Shown here: in pieces, positions 33,867 to 45,892 of the stretch
Layout of the letters: every line of letters starts with the position of its first letter
Position numbering within the stretch: the stretch's first letter is position 1
The notes under the pieces: model-generated
Told to the model about the DNA's origin: nothing
The model's input: only the letters and a program-made list of their open reading frames with translations
Database searches by the model: none
Translations under genes and position numbers: made by a program
Assembly (NCBI GenBank): GCA_963665115.1
Contig: OY762007.1
Span: 2,144,001-2,208,000 of the forward strand
Length of the DNA stretch: 64,000 bases
Source of the DNA: an uncultured Rivularia sp.
GTDB lineage: Bacteria; Cyanobacteriota; Cyanobacteriia; Cyanobacteriales; Nostocaceae
Direction of reading: 5' to 3'

Positions 33867-33928
33867 TTCGTAGTAGCGCTTTAGCGCCTCTTATCGGATG
33901 CGCTGAAGCGCTACTACGAACCTTTTTT
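33866..33928. terminator. REP-like long hairpin between convergent genes, probable terminator
   Basis: GTTCGTAGTAGCGCTTTAGCGC (33866-33887) pairs with GCGCTGAAGCGCTACTACGAAC (33900-33921), followed by a T run. Confidence 0.7.
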
Positions 33929-35184
33929 CATCTACGAGCAAACCGTTTTCTTTTACGAAATAATCTTGATAAACTAAACCATAAAATTATTCCAACGGTT
34001 GATAATGCTAGTAAAAGTTGCCATAACGGTTTTGGTAGCATTAAATCGTATATTAAATCGTCAAATATATTTTTTTCAATAGCGGCTGTATTGGGATTAA
34101 TAACTCCAACATCTCCGACTATATCCATTTTCGTTTTTAACGCTAAACTTCTTTCTTGAACTTTTTTCAAAAGCTTTTGGCTTCTGTCTCCCTTTAAGAA
34201 AAAAGGCTGTGCTAAATCTTGATTTTCCCCAGCTACTGGCAGGATTTCAATACTATTAATTTGCTTAGAAGTTAAAATAAATTTGGCTAAAAAATTATCT
34301 GTCCAAAACGGATGATTGTGACCGAAAATAAAATTACCCAAGCAGTAAATTATAGGTTTATTTTTATAAATTTCTATCCCTTGCGGAAAATGGGGATGGT
34401 GCCCAAGAATAATGTCAGCACCAGAATCTATGGATTTATGCGCTAAACTGCGAACCCAAAATGGTGGCTTTTTACTGTCATTGAGTCCCCAGTGAAAAGA
34501 TAATATTACATAATCCACTTTCTGTCGTAATTTTTGAATATCTTCTCGAATTAACGATAAATCTGTAGGCATTACACCAGCACGATTCGGCTTTGCATAA
34601 CTCGAATCGCCGGAATTTTCTGACATTGTATAAGCAAGAAAACCCAAACGAATACCATTTTTTTCGCTAATAAATGGCAGTCGTGCTGAAGCCAAATCTT
34701 TACCGCTACCAACAGCAGGTAAATTAACTTGAGATAAACTGGTTAAAGTATCTTTTAATCCTGCAACTCCAGCATCAAGAGCGTGATTGTTAGCAGTAGA
34801 AACCACATCAACGCCAGCCCATTTTAATCCTGCGGCAAAAGCAGTTGGTGCTAAAAAAGCACCTTTTCTCTTAGCAGTATCCGATAAGGGAGCTTCTAAA
34901 TTAACAAAAGCAATATCGGCATCTTCTAGTACAGGCTTTATCTTTTGAAATGGATAACGCGCTTCTTCCTGTTTTGATGCAAAATCTAAATCGTATCGAA
35001 TAATTTGCCGGTGAAATAAACTTTCCTTTGACATCCTCGACCATTCTACATCCCCACCAGCGAGCAAAGTTACCTGAGATTGTGGTTGTGCGATCGCAGT
35101 TTGTGCGGGGAAGCCGAATGCAATTGCTAAATACCCGATAAATATTATTCTCGCGCACGAAGCTATTTTGAAAAGCTTATTCAT
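33928..35184 (-). CDS. CapA/PGA_cap-family metallophosphatase with signal peptide and C-terminal membrane anchor
   Basis: GGD, VNLE, ANNHALD, SFHWG, ILGHHPH and YCLGNFIF. Confidence 0.88.
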   Translation of the reverse strand: MNKLFKIASCARIIFIGYLAIAFGFPAQTAIAQPQSQVTLLAGGDVEWSRMSKESLFHRQIIRYDLDFASKQEEARYPFQKIKPVLEDADIAFVNLEAPLSDTAKRKGAFLAPTAFAAGLKWAGVDVVSTANNHALDAGVAGLKDTLTSLSQVNLPAVGSGKDLASARLPFISEKNGIRLGFLAYTMSENSGDSSYAKPNRAGVMPTDLSLIREDIQKLRQKVDYVILSFHWGLNDSKKPPFWVRSLAHKSIDSGADIILGHHPHFPQGIEIYKNKPIIYCLGNFIFGHNHPFWTDNFLAKFILTSKQINSIEILPVAGENQDLAQPFFLKGDRSQKLLKKVQERSLALKTKMDIVGDVGVINPNTAAIEKNIFDDLIYDLMLPKPLWQLLLALSTVGIILWFSLSRLFRKRKRFARR

Positions 35185-35307
35185 TGGGGTTAGTAGTCCA
35201 CTAAAGGAACTATATAGGGTTGATAATCAGAAATTTTTTCTTCCCCCTCTCCCCCTCTTCCCCTTCCCCGTCTTCACCTGGCAATTTTGGCTTGGTGAGC
35301 AGCTAGT

Positions 35308-36510
35308 TTACTTATCATATTGTGCTGTTTCAAGTGCTTTACCTTGTTGAATGCTCAAAAACGTAGTTATTAAAGCTACGCCTGCTCCTACAAAAAATAC
35401 CCCAATTCCGGCATATTTCCAAACTGGCCCGAGCAAAATAGGCGAGAAAAATTGTCCTAAATTACTAGCCCCCGTTCCGATAGCTAAAACGCTAGAACGT
35501 ACTTCTCTCGGAGTTGATTTAGATAAAGCATCGTACAAATTAGGCATGACAATACCAAATCCCATGCCGAAAATAATTGCTGTGGGCAGAATCAAATAAA
35601 CTTGTTCTACAAAAGGTATAGTAATCAATGTTACTGCCATTAAGATAAAACCCAAGGCAATAGCTTTAGCGCTTCCCACACGCTTTGCTAATTTGCTGGC
35701 ACCTACGGCAGAAATAACGGCCGCACCAATGGCTCGCGATGCCAAAATTGCTCCATTAAGAACCGTATCGGCTCCGATTGCTTTTTTAAAATGTAGGGGA
35801 GCGTAGACAATAACTACATAAAAGATTGCAGATGACAAGGCTAAAGCTGTAAATAAGGTTAAAGTACTACTAGCTCTCAAGCTTTCAATTAATTTATCTT
35901 TTTGACCTAAATTGATTGATGAAGAACCTTGACGTTTGCGCTTTGGTAATAAAAAGTGGGCAAGTAACGCTGCTGGTAAAGCCAAACCATACATAAAAAA
36001 GGTAAATCGCCAATTGTATTTACCAAGTAAACCACCAAGAAGAGGAAAAATAATGCTGGCGATCGCCAATGCACTGGTTGTGTAACCCAAAACGCGGGTT
36101 CGCTTCTCTCCTTCATACATACTGCTGAGAATGCCGATACTCGCAGCTGCAATTCCCCCGCTGGCAGCCCCTAACAATGCTCGCGATATTAATAAAGGCG
36201 TAAAGCTGTTTGCAAAAGCCCCAGCAGTACCGAAAATTGCGTAGCAAATAAGTGATGGAATTAGCACTTTTACCTTTCCAATACGGTCGGCTAATATACC
36301 AAATATTGGACTAAACAAGAAGATTGTTAGGCAGTGCATACTAACCAGAATTCCCGACCACCGGGGATCGATTAAAAGTTGATCTTTAACCTCCGGCATC
36401 ACTGGTGCTACTAAGCTTCCCGTCATGGTGGTTAAGCTGCCACAAGCAAGTAGTACTAATAATATAGGAATTTGTTTGCGAGTTTCTTGAGTTAGAAACG
36501 AGGTAGACAT
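35308..36510 (-). CDS. MFS transporter
   Basis: About 12 TM helices; motif A GILADRIGKVKV. Confidence 0.92.
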   Translation of the reverse strand: MSTSFLTQETRKQIPILLVLLACGSLTTMTGSLVAPVMPEVKDQLLIDPRWSGILVSMHCLTIFLFSPIFGILADRIGKVKVLIPSLICYAIFGTAGAFANSFTPLLISRALLGAASGGIAAASIGILSSMYEGEKRTRVLGYTTSALAIASIIFPLLGGLLGKYNWRFTFFMYGLALPAALLAHFLLPKRKRQGSSSINLGQKDKLIESLRASSTLTLFTALALSSAIFYVVIVYAPLHFKKAIGADTVLNGAILASRAIGAAVISAVGASKLAKRVGSAKAIALGFILMAVTLITIPFVEQVYLILPTAIIFGMGFGIVMPNLYDALSKSTPREVRSSVLAIGTGASNLGQFFSPILLGPVWKYAGIGVFFVGAGVALITTFLSIQQGKALETAQYDK

Positions 36511-36700
36511 ATAAATAAAAAAATCCTTAATTTTGTTTGGTATCGAAAAGGTATTAAAACTAACTTCTAAAGATTTCCCCGCTTTCGGTATTCTTTTTTG
36601 ATTAATGGTTATTTGTTTAAAAAGAAGTGAATTAACGATATTAGTGCATTACAAGTAGAATAAACTAATTTATTAACGATGAATAGCTAAATTTGATCGC

Positions 36701-36732
36701 AAAATCCCCTCCGATAAAATTGTTGGAGGGGA
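36701..36732 (-). terminator. Hairpin after the CFA-like gene
   Basis: TCCCCTCCGATA / TGTTGGAGGGGA stem, followed by T4 on the minus strand. Confidence 0.5.
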
Positions 36733-36779
36733 AATAGTACTTTATATTTTGAATCGTTTTAAGCTTGAAGTGTTCCGCT

Positions 36780-38105
<1,326 letters not shown>

Positions 38106-38227
38106 TTAAAAAGAAGTGAATAAAATATAATTTACTTTGTTCCTTATCTAAGTGTTTGATAGGTTTGTAGCAAGGACTTTAATCCTCGGATTTAGGGCTA
38201 AAGCCCCTACTACGAACCTTTTTATCA

Positions 38228-39061
38228 TTACTTCTGCGGAAGCTTGACGTTGGTTGCTAATCCGAGGAATTGCAATAATCTAATCGTCATCCAAGTCATG
38301 TCAATTTCCCACCATTTCAATCCATGACGTGCGGAATATTGAAAAGCATGATGATTATTATGCCAACCTTCACCAAAAGTCAGCAGAGCAACCCACCAAC
38401 AGTTGGTAGAGCGATCGCCTGAATCTTGATTGCGATAGCCGATGGTATGACAAGCACTGTTGACGAACATAGTAGAGTGAATGCCGACAAACAAGCGTAC
38501 AAATGTTCCCCAAACTACAAAAGGCCATCCACCAAGCAAATATAAAATAACTCCTAACGCGACTTGCAGTTCAATATAATAACGATGGCAGAAACGATAA
38601 AATGCATCGTCGGCAATATCTTTTGTCATGCGTGGAAGTTCGGGTTTAGCAGGCACCGTATGCATTAACCAGCCGATGTGACTCCACCAGAAACCTTCAT
38701 TGGGTGTATGAGGATCTCCTTTTTCGTCGGAATGTAAATGATGTACTCGGTGATATCCAACCCAGCCCATCACACCTCCTTGAAGTGCCAAAGTCCCGCA
38801 CAAAATCAAGAAATACTCCAGCCATTTGGGAACTTGTAAGCTGCGATGGGTTGCTAAACGATGAAATCCGAAAGCAATTCCCAAACCAATAGTCATCCAG
38901 TGCAATAACACTGCGACTCCTACAGCAGCCCAGCTAAAGTTTTGGGGTAAAAATGCTAATAAGACTGCTAGATGAAGAATGACAGTAAAAATAATCACCT
39001 TCAATCGGGGAGAAGGTGGATTTAATTGAGGTAAAGAAACTGGAGATAAATTGGTAGTCAT
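38228..39061 (-). CDS. Delta-9-type (DesC/Ole1-like) fatty acid desaturase; probable start 39061
   Basis: His boxes HRLATH, HRVHH and GEGWHNNHH. Confidence 0.92.
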   Translation of the reverse strand: MTTNLSPVSLPQLNPPSPRLKVIIFTVILHLAVLLAFLPQNFSWAAVGVAVLLHWMTIGLGIAFGFHRLATHRSLQVPKWLEYFLILCGTLALQGGVMGWVGYHRVHHLHSDEKGDPHTPNEGFWWSHIGWLMHTVPAKPELPRMTKDIADDAFYRFCHRYYIELQVALGVILYLLGGWPFVVWGTFVRLFVGIHSTMFVNSACHTIGYRNQDSGDRSTNCWWVALLTFGEGWHNNHHAFQYSARHGLKWWEIDMTWMTIRLLQFLGLATNVKLPQK

Positions 39062-39282
39062 GAATTTTTTTGCCCTACACCTACTTAAAGATAAAAGATA
39101 ATTTTTTGATACATTTAATACTGTGTTCCGTTCATACAGCGCTTTTCGTTTTAGTGCAATAACTTCGGGCAACCTCACCCCCTTCCCCTCTCCTTATTAA
39201 GCGGGAGGCGGGGTGAGGTTAAGTAAATTTCTGTACATACTCTAATGTCGGAACTCGGCATTAAGTAATTCTCAGATATGCT

Positions 39283-40878
39283 CTAAATAACCAAAGATTC
39301 GTTCATCTCAACTTGCTGAGACTTTTCTTTGATATTCGCTGCACGATAATCGGCTATTTGCCCTTCAATTTCATTCTGGACAACTTGACGGTAATCAATA
39401 TGATGCTCTAAAAGAGCGCACATAGTTACGTAAGAGATTAATACACTAGGATTATGCTTAAGTATCCCGAAAAGTTGACTCCAGAATTGGAATCGCGTAT
39501 TTCGTTTAATACCCTGTCGCCAAACAATAATTAATAGTGCTTTTAATTCTATTAACTCTGGCATTTTAAACTCTTTCTTGTAAGGGCGAGGCTGCATTTC
39601 CAGGTAATGGCGATAAACCCTTCCCAAGTATTTCTTTGGTTCGTATAATTCCCAGAAACACTTGACATATTCGGAGGCTAATTCTTCTATGGGACGAGTT
39701 GGAATAAAGTTAGTTAAAGAGGTTGTTTGATTGCCCGTATTGCCTTTTTGGTCAATTTCTAACAAACGCCCTTCTTTTTCTAATCGATGCCATAATGCTG
39801 TATTTGGTAGAGCTTGCAGCAAACCAAACATTGCATTCGGAATTGCAGTCGTCTCCACAAAATCAATAATGCGATCGCCTGCTCCTGCTTTTTCTCCGTC
39901 GAAACCGAGAATAAAGCCAGCCATGACTCGCAAGCCTTTACGATTAATTTTCTGAACGGCTTCTACTAAAGAATCGCGAGTGTTTTGATGCTTTTTCGTT
40001 AATGACAAACTATCCGTATCGGGTGTCTCAATTCCCAAAAATACAGAGCTAAAGTTAGCAGCAATCATTAAATCGAGCAATTCATCGTCTTGTGCTAAAT
40101 CTACTGAAGCTTCTGTTTGCAAGCTAAAGGGATAACCCCGCTCTACCATCCAAGGAATCAGTTCTTTGAGTAGAAGCTTGACATTACGTTTATTGCCGAT
40201 GAAATTATCATCTACCATAAACACCGAATGCCGCCAGCCTAAATCATACAGTGTTTGTAATTCCCCCAGCAGTTGTGCTGGAGACTTTGTACGCGGTTTG
40301 CGTCCGTAAAGTACGATAATGTCGCAAAATTCACACTGATAAGGACAACCACGGGAAAACTGCACCGACATATCGCTGTAAGCGCTTATTTCCAGTAAAT
40401 CGTATCTTGGTATCGGCGTAGTAGTAATATCGGGCTTTTCACCATTTGAGCGGAATATCCCCGAAGTTTCCCCTCTTTGAAGTGCTTCTACAAATAGAGG
40501 TAAAGTTATTTCTCCTTCATCTAGAACCAAAAAATCTACCCCTGCGGCTTGGGCTTCTTGGGGTACGGAAGTTACGTAAGGACCTCCCACCGCGACTAAT
40601 TTGTTACGCCGTTTTGCTTCGCGGATTAAGTGCAGCATATCTGGTTTCTGGACAATCATTCCGGAAACAACGATCAATTCTGCCCATTCCCAATCAGCTT
40701 CGGTTTCAGGAGCAATATTACGGTCAACTAGTCGAAAATCCCAATCTTGAGGTAGAATAGCCGCTACCGTAATCATCCCCAGAGGAGGAACAGTTACTTT
40801 ACATCCAATTAGTTCTATACTTTTGTCGAAAGACCAAAAAGATTTTGGAAACTGAGGATATAGCAGTAAAACTCGCAT
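39283..40878 (-). CDS. B12-binding radical SAM protein (DUF4070, HpnP-like class B methylase family)
   Basis: PPLG and GGPYVT (B12-binding domain), SRGCPYQCEFC, DDNFIGN and FLGIETP. Confidence 0.9.
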   Translation of the reverse strand: MRVLLLYPQFPKSFWSFDKSIELIGCKVTVPPLGMITVAAILPQDWDFRLVDRNIAPETEADWEWAELIVVSGMIVQKPDMLHLIREAKRRNKLVAVGGPYVTSVPQEAQAAGVDFLVLDEGEITLPLFVEALQRGETSGIFRSNGEKPDITTTPIPRYDLLEISAYSDMSVQFSRGCPYQCEFCDIIVLYGRKPRTKSPAQLLGELQTLYDLGWRHSVFMVDDNFIGNKRNVKLLLKELIPWMVERGYPFSLQTEASVDLAQDDELLDLMIAANFSSVFLGIETPDTDSLSLTKKHQNTRDSLVEAVQKINRKGLRVMAGFILGFDGEKAGAGDRIIDFVETTAIPNAMFGLLQALPNTALWHRLEKEGRLLEIDQKGNTGNQTTSLTNFIPTRPIEELASEYVKCFWELYEPKKYLGRVYRHYLEMQPRPYKKEFKMPELIELKALLIIVWRQGIKRNTRFQFWSQLFGILKHNPSVLISYVTMCALLEHHIDYRQVVQNEIEGQIADYRAANIKEKSQQVEMNESLVI

Positions 40879-41931
40879 TTATATAGCAATTTAGAAAAAC
40901 ATTGCCGAAGTGGTTTTGATGGCTGAAATCCGAGAATTGAAGATTTTAATTATCTATATTTTTTACTTTTTTACTATTGTAGTTGTGGATACACTTTTTT
41001 TTGAATTGCGGCACAAACCATAAAAAAATACGTTTATTAGATCGAGAAAACCTTCGTCTAAAATCTTTTGTTTTTGCTAAGTTGATCGATCGTTAATATG
41101 AGGGATTTGTAAATTACTGCGACCTAACTTCTTCTGTATTTGGCAATAAGGTCGCTTTTGGGTAATGATAAGTAAAACAAAAACTGCATCAAGACGCAAG
41201 GAAAAAAATATAAATTTATTGTTATTACAAGATTATTGATGGATTTGTTCCCAGAGATGTTTCCTTAAATTTAATATTACAGTTAGAAACTACTTAACTT
41301 TTGATTGTGTATCAATGTATCTCAGCTTCTCAGTATTGAAACGGTTTTTTTAATAATCTGAGTTTAAGCCTTTTATATTGTGCTTAGAAGTTAAAGTTTA
41401 ATTTATACGATACAATCGGCTATGAAATTTTACCGGGTAAGAGCTAATAAATACATAGACCACATTTATTTATCGAGTTTTATAAAGAAGGCTCATGCAC
41501 AAAAAATCCATATATTTGATGTGCGAGCATAAGATTTATATATCAGAAAAGCAAACAATTTATGGTTTTAGATATTTCAGTAATTAAACGTATCATAAAA
41601 TATAATTATGTTGTAAGCAACACTTTTATCTTGTCAGTGTAAACAATATACAACTAAATAAACAAGAACATAAAAGTGTCATAAGGCACTCGACATTTGC
41701 GAAAAATCGGATAAAACTATGGAAGAAAAGTGACATTTGGGCGATTGAAAACTAAAATGCCTAAGATAATGGTTTTTCGTAGATTTTTGGTTTGTTTTGC
41801 CATAAGTTCTTGCTTAATTACTGAGAACTTTGTAAATTTCTAATAAGATTGTCGGCAAGTCTTCTAGAATGATACGCTAACTTTCTGTCGTAATTGCTCA
41901 TATAGTTAATTACTTATTAGGGAGTATCGTA

Positions 41932-43056
41932 ATGGAAATAGCTCCAATGCTAAGGAGCCAAACCGTTCAAAATCAAGTGCGCGAAGTCGGTATTAATCCA
42001 AATTATTGGTATCCCGCAACTTGGGCTTCGGAACTAAAACCAGGTGATGTAATACCCGTAATGATTTGGAATTCGGCGATCGCACTTTACCGTTCCCAGG
42101 ATGGTCAAGTTCACGCTATGGAAGATGCCTGCCCGCATAAAGGTATAGCTTTACACAAAGGTAAAGTAGCTGGAGAAAACCTTACCTGTCCTTATCACGG
42201 TTGGGAGTTTAACGGTGATGGGGTGTGTACCAACATTCCTTATTTTCCTAAAGACCAAAAATTGCCCTGTGCTTCTTCACGTAGCTATGCGGTGCGAGAA
42301 AAATTTAATTTGATCTGGATTTTTCCGGGAGCGATTGAAGATTCAGAAACAGTCGAATTTCCTTCGATTCCAGAATATGATGACCCAAACTGGCTAGCTA
42401 TTCCCATACCGGGAGAGTTTAAAGCTCATTTCTCCATCTGTAACGAAAACACGATGGACGTGTTCCACGGCTATTTACATGAAAACTTGCAGGGCTGGTT
42501 CGATCCAGAACTAATAAGTTTGAAAGCCTCCGATGCATCGGTATTTGCTATGGGTCGAGTATCTTATCAAGGTTGGATGACCAAGTTTTTCGGATTCAGC
42601 GAACAAGGGAACGAAGTTACTACTCGTACTGTCACAATTAAATATAACTATCCCCATTACCATAGTTCTTTGGAAGGAATGTCTTCCCTTTATTTGATGC
42701 GTCAACCAGTGGGGGCACAATTAACAAAATCTTTTTCCCTATTGTTTATCAAAATTCGCCTTCCTCAATGGTTTGTAAAACCGTTACAAAAACCGATAAC
42801 AAAAATCATTTGGCGGTTTATCTTGAAAAGTTTTCTCGATCAAGACACCGAGATGATTGAAAGCGAACAACAAACCTACCTAGCTAATCCCCAAAGACGT
42901 TATGTAGAAATTAATCCAGCAATCATTGCCCTACAACGGGTAATTGTCGGTCAATATGAAAAATTTGTGCAACAATCTAAAAAACTATCCAATGGCAATA
43001 ATGGTAATCACGCATCTTCGGTTGGTGAAATTAAATCAAATTTAACTTCTACTTAG
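41932..43056 (+). CDS. Rieske non-heme iron oxygenase alpha subunit
   Basis: CPH...CPYHGW Rieske motif; ENTMDVFHGYLH and DQD iron ligands; GGAG RBS. Confidence 0.92.
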   Translation: MEIAPMLRSQTVQNQVREVGINPNYWYPATWASELKPGDVIPVMIWNSAIALYRSQDGQVHAMEDACPHKGIALHKGKVAGENLTCPYHGWEFNGDGVCTNIPYFPKDQKLPCASSRSYAVREKFNLIWIFPGAIEDSETVEFPSIPEYDDPNWLAIPIPGEFKAHFSICNENTMDVFHGYLHENLQGWFDPELISLKASDASVFAMGRVSYQGWMTKFFGFSEQGNEVTTRTVTIKYNYPHYHSSLEGMSSLYLMRQPVGAQLTKSFSLLFIKIRLPQWFVKPLQKPITKIIWRFILKSFLDQDTEMIESEQQTYLANPQRRYVEINPAIIALQRVIVGQYEKFVQQSKKLSNGNNGNHASSVGEIKSNLTST

Positions 43057-43176
43057 GAAGGTGGTACATCATCTGATATAACAGATTGGTTAATTGTACA
43101 AAGTAAAAAAGTAAATTTTCAACTGCAAACATATATTAAAAGCCCATAGGCAAATATTAGGTGAGAGGAGTTATTT

Positions 43177-44463
43177 GTGGAAGTTGTTGAAGAGTATATG
43201 CAGGGACTCTATCAAAGTGGTCTCTATCCAGATAAGTTAATTTGCCATGAAAAACATGGAAATGTAGTCGAAGTTGAAGATCCTGCCGATGGCAAGCGAT
43301 ATAAACTATTGACATTCTGCACTAACGATGTATTAGGGTTAGTTCAGTCAGAAGAAGTAAGACAAGCGGCGATTGATGCAATTGTGAAATACGGTACTTC
43401 TAATAGTTCCTGTTCCGTGTTAAGCGGCAGAATTGAGTTGCATCGTCAGTTGGAGCAAGAAATTTCGGCTTTCAAACATTTGCCCCATACTCATCTATTC
43501 CTCAATGCTTGGATGGCAATGCAAGCATTAATAGATGGTTTTTGCCACTTAGCGATTAATCTTCCTGGCTTTCGGAACACCAGAGAAACCTTAATTTTGA
43601 CTGATGTTCTCAACCACGGCTGTATAGTTTCTGCCGTTACCAATGCCAGCAATCGTTCTGGAAAGATGTTTAGTCATAGTCCTGATGTTCGCGTGAAAGC
43701 TTACCGTCATTGCGACGTAAATGACTTAGCGCGAAAATTACGACGCTATGCGAAGCCAAATGACCGAATTTTGGTAGTTTCCGATGCTGTCTTCTCAATG
43801 GATGGGGATATCGCTCCATTGCCAGAGATGCTGGACGTTTTAGAAAACTATCCAGGTAGCGTCATTGTGATGGATGAAGCTCACGCCAGCGGTGCGCTCG
43901 GTCCTAAAGGCGGCGGTATCTACGACCATTTTGGAATTACGCCCCAGCAAGTACTCGATCGGGGAATGGTGCCATTAATTATGACCACCTTCTCTAAATT
44001 TGCAGCTTCCGCAGGTGCAGCAATCAGTTCTCATATGCCAGAAATGATTGACTTGTTGGACGTTTCCCCAACCTCCATCGGTACAATTTCTCTTCCACCT
44101 CCAACAACAGCAGCAGCGTTAGAAAGTATTCGTCAGGTAAGACAAAATCCTGAATTAGTCGAAACCTTGCAAGCCAACGCGAATTACTTGCGATCGCGTT
44201 TAATCGAACATGATTTTGCAGCGATTGGCGAAACTAACGTCATACCAGTACTAATGCCACCCGAACTCAATCCCAAGCAGTTCACCCGTCATTTGATGGA
44301 ACACCACGGTATTTGGGTATCTGCGATTTGGTTTATTGCTAAACCTCGCTTAAGAATTACCGCAAACGCGCTTCATACTAAAGAAGAAATGGATAATTTG
44401 GTTGAAGCAATGGTACAAACGCGAGAGCTTTTATATAAACCTGCGACTGTAGCTACTGCTTAG
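43177..44463 (+). CDS. PLP-dependent alpha-oxoamine synthase, putative serine palmitoyltransferase
   Basis: NDVLGL, D..NH, SDAVFSMDGD, DEAHASG, TFSK (PLP lysine) and RLRIT (BioF/KBL/SPT fold). GTG start with a GAGGAG RBS. The SPT call rests on gene context. Confidence 0.8.
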   Translation: MEVVEEYMQGLYQSGLYPDKLICHEKHGNVVEVEDPADGKRYKLLTFCTNDVLGLVQSEEVRQAAIDAIVKYGTSNSSCSVLSGRIELHRQLEQEISAFKHLPHTHLFLNAWMAMQALIDGFCHLAINLPGFRNTRETLILTDVLNHGCIVSAVTNASNRSGKMFSHSPDVRVKAYRHCDVNDLARKLRRYAKPNDRILVVSDAVFSMDGDIAPLPEMLDVLENYPGSVIVMDEAHASGALGPKGGGIYDHFGITPQQVLDRGMVPLIMTTFSKFAASAGAAISSHMPEMIDLLDVSPTSIGTISLPPPTTAAALESIRQVRQNPELVETLQANANYLRSRLIEHDFAAIGETNVIPVLMPPELNPKQFTRHLMEHHGIWVSAIWFIAKPRLRITANALHTKEEMDNLVEAMVQTRELLYKPATVATA

Positions 44464-44538
44464 AAATTGAAAAGGGTGGGCATCCCTGCCCCACAATAGT
44501 TGTAAATCTTCTTGATTTGTAAGAATTGTCGAGATTTT

Positions 44539-44571
44539 AGAAACCCGGTTTTTTCAAAAAACCGGGTTTCT
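44539..44571. repeat. Palindrome AGAAACCCGGTTTTTTCAAAAAACCGGGTTTCT (near-identical copy at ~48799-48830)
   Basis: Self-complementary, and repeated in this window. Confidence 0.8.
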
Positions 44572-44740
44572 GAATTTTTTGATGGTGCGTTATGCTGCGC
44601 GATGACACACCCTACGTTCTCAAAAGCGCACTTTTTGCTATTTCCTGTTCCCTGTGCCAAACAATTAAAATAAACCAATAAAAATATCATAATTAAAAAT
44701 TTAACTGTAACTTTTTTACATTAAACGCAAAACTTTATTA

Positions 44741-45892
44741 GTGAATATGGTTACTCAAACTCAAAATTTTCAGGTATCACCTGTAACTACAGACGCACAG
44801 AGGGAAATGTTCCTCGATGTGCCTGTTAAAGTATATAAAAATAATCCTAATTGGGTTCCACCAATTCGCAGCAGCATTGCCAAACAATTAGCATCAAACG
44901 AAAATCCTTTTTTGGAATATGGAGAATTTCAGCAGTTTATTGCTATTTCTCAAAAGAATAACGAACCTTTAGGAAGAATTGTCGCTATAGTAAATCGCCG
45001 ATTAATTGAAAGCGAAGGTAAAAATGTCGGTCTTTTTGGTTATTTTGAATGCCTAGAAGACTTTGAGGTTGCTAATAGTCTATTAGAAACAGCTTCCAAG
45101 TGGTTGCGCGATAAAGGGATGAATTTTGTCAGGGGACCAATAAATTTATCTACTCACAATAGCTGTTTATTTTTAGTAGATAAATTTGATCAACCACCAA
45201 TCATGATGACACCTTATAATCCGCCTTATTATCCTGAATTTATGGAAAAGGCTGGTTATTACAAAGGAAATGATGCATATGTTTTCAATTTTCCCTTAGA
45301 TACTGCTTTAGACCCTAAATTTGAAAAAGCTTATCGAATTGCTTGTAAATCTGGAGTAACATTTCGCCCACTCCGCACTAAAGGTGAAGGTTTTGAACAA
45401 GATTGTCGAGATATATATAACCTTGTAGGTAAAGTTTTTACTAAAAATTATAGTTATAGCTACCGTACTGTAGAAGAATTTCTCAGTCAGGCTAAAGATT
45501 TGCAAGATATGGCTGACCCAGATGTATTTCCCATAGCCGAACATGACGGTAAAATGATTGGTGTTTGGATGGGAATACCAGACTATAATATTGTTTTAAA
45601 ACATATTAACGGTAAACTAAATTGGTTAGGAATTATCAAATTCCTTTGGTATCGCCGTCAAATTGACCAAGGGATAGTACCCCTTATTGCTTGTTTGCCT
45701 GAGTATCGCCGCAAAATGGTGCCTTTAGCTCTTGTTTACTTAGGTATGCAAGGAGGAATCCGAAAAGGAAAGCCCTACAAAAGAGCAGAACTCGGTTGGG
45801 TATGGGAAGATAACTCAGCTTCCCGCAAAATGATTGAAGCAGCAGGCGGCAAAATCTACAAGACTTACCGAATTTACGAGAAAGCGTTATGA
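44741..45892 (+). CDS. GNAT-fold protein resembling bacterial ceramide synthase (bCerS/YghO-like)
   Basis: PNWVPP, GRI, GLFGYFEC, RGPINLS, MTPYNPPYY and ELGWVWEDN..SRKMIE...YRIYEK. Lies downstream of the SPT-like gene. Confidence 0.75.
   Translation: MNMVTQTQNFQVSPVTTDAQREMFLDVPVKVYKNNPNWVPPIRSSIAKQLASNENPFLEYGEFQQFIAISQKNNEPLGRIVAIVNRRLIESEGKNVGLFGYFECLEDFEVANSLLETASKWLRDKGMNFVRGPINLSTHNSCLFLVDKFDQPPIMMTPYNPPYYPEFMEKAGYYKGNDAYVFNFPLDTALDPKFEKAYRIACKSGVTFRPLRTKGEGFEQDCRDIYNLVGKVFTKNYSYSYRTVEEFLSQAKDLQDMADPDVFPIAEHDGKMIGVWMGIPDYNIVLKHINGKLNWLGIIKFLWYRRQIDQGIVPLIACLPEYRRKMVPLALVYLGMQGGIRKGKPYKRAELGWVWEDNSASRKMIEAAGGKIYKTYRIYEKAL

Noticed and set aside
33928..35184. Poly-gamma-glutamate capsule locus
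   Set aside because: Only a CapA-domain gene is present; there is no capB or capC.
39283..40878. Assigning the gene symbol hpnP
   Set aside because: Cyanobacteria have several DUF4070 paralogs and no hopanoid genes are adjacent; phylogeny is needed.
43177..44463. Annotating the PLP enzyme as BioF or KBL
   Set aside because: The fold fits, but there are no bio or tdh genes nearby, and the neighbours are bCerS-like, SDR and lipid-hydroxylase genes. Not formally excluded.
44460..44690. 76-aa antisense ORF between the SPT-like and GNAT genes (checked as a possible ACP)
   Set aside because: It is on the opposite strand, is built from palindromic repeats and has no DSL phosphopantetheine motif.
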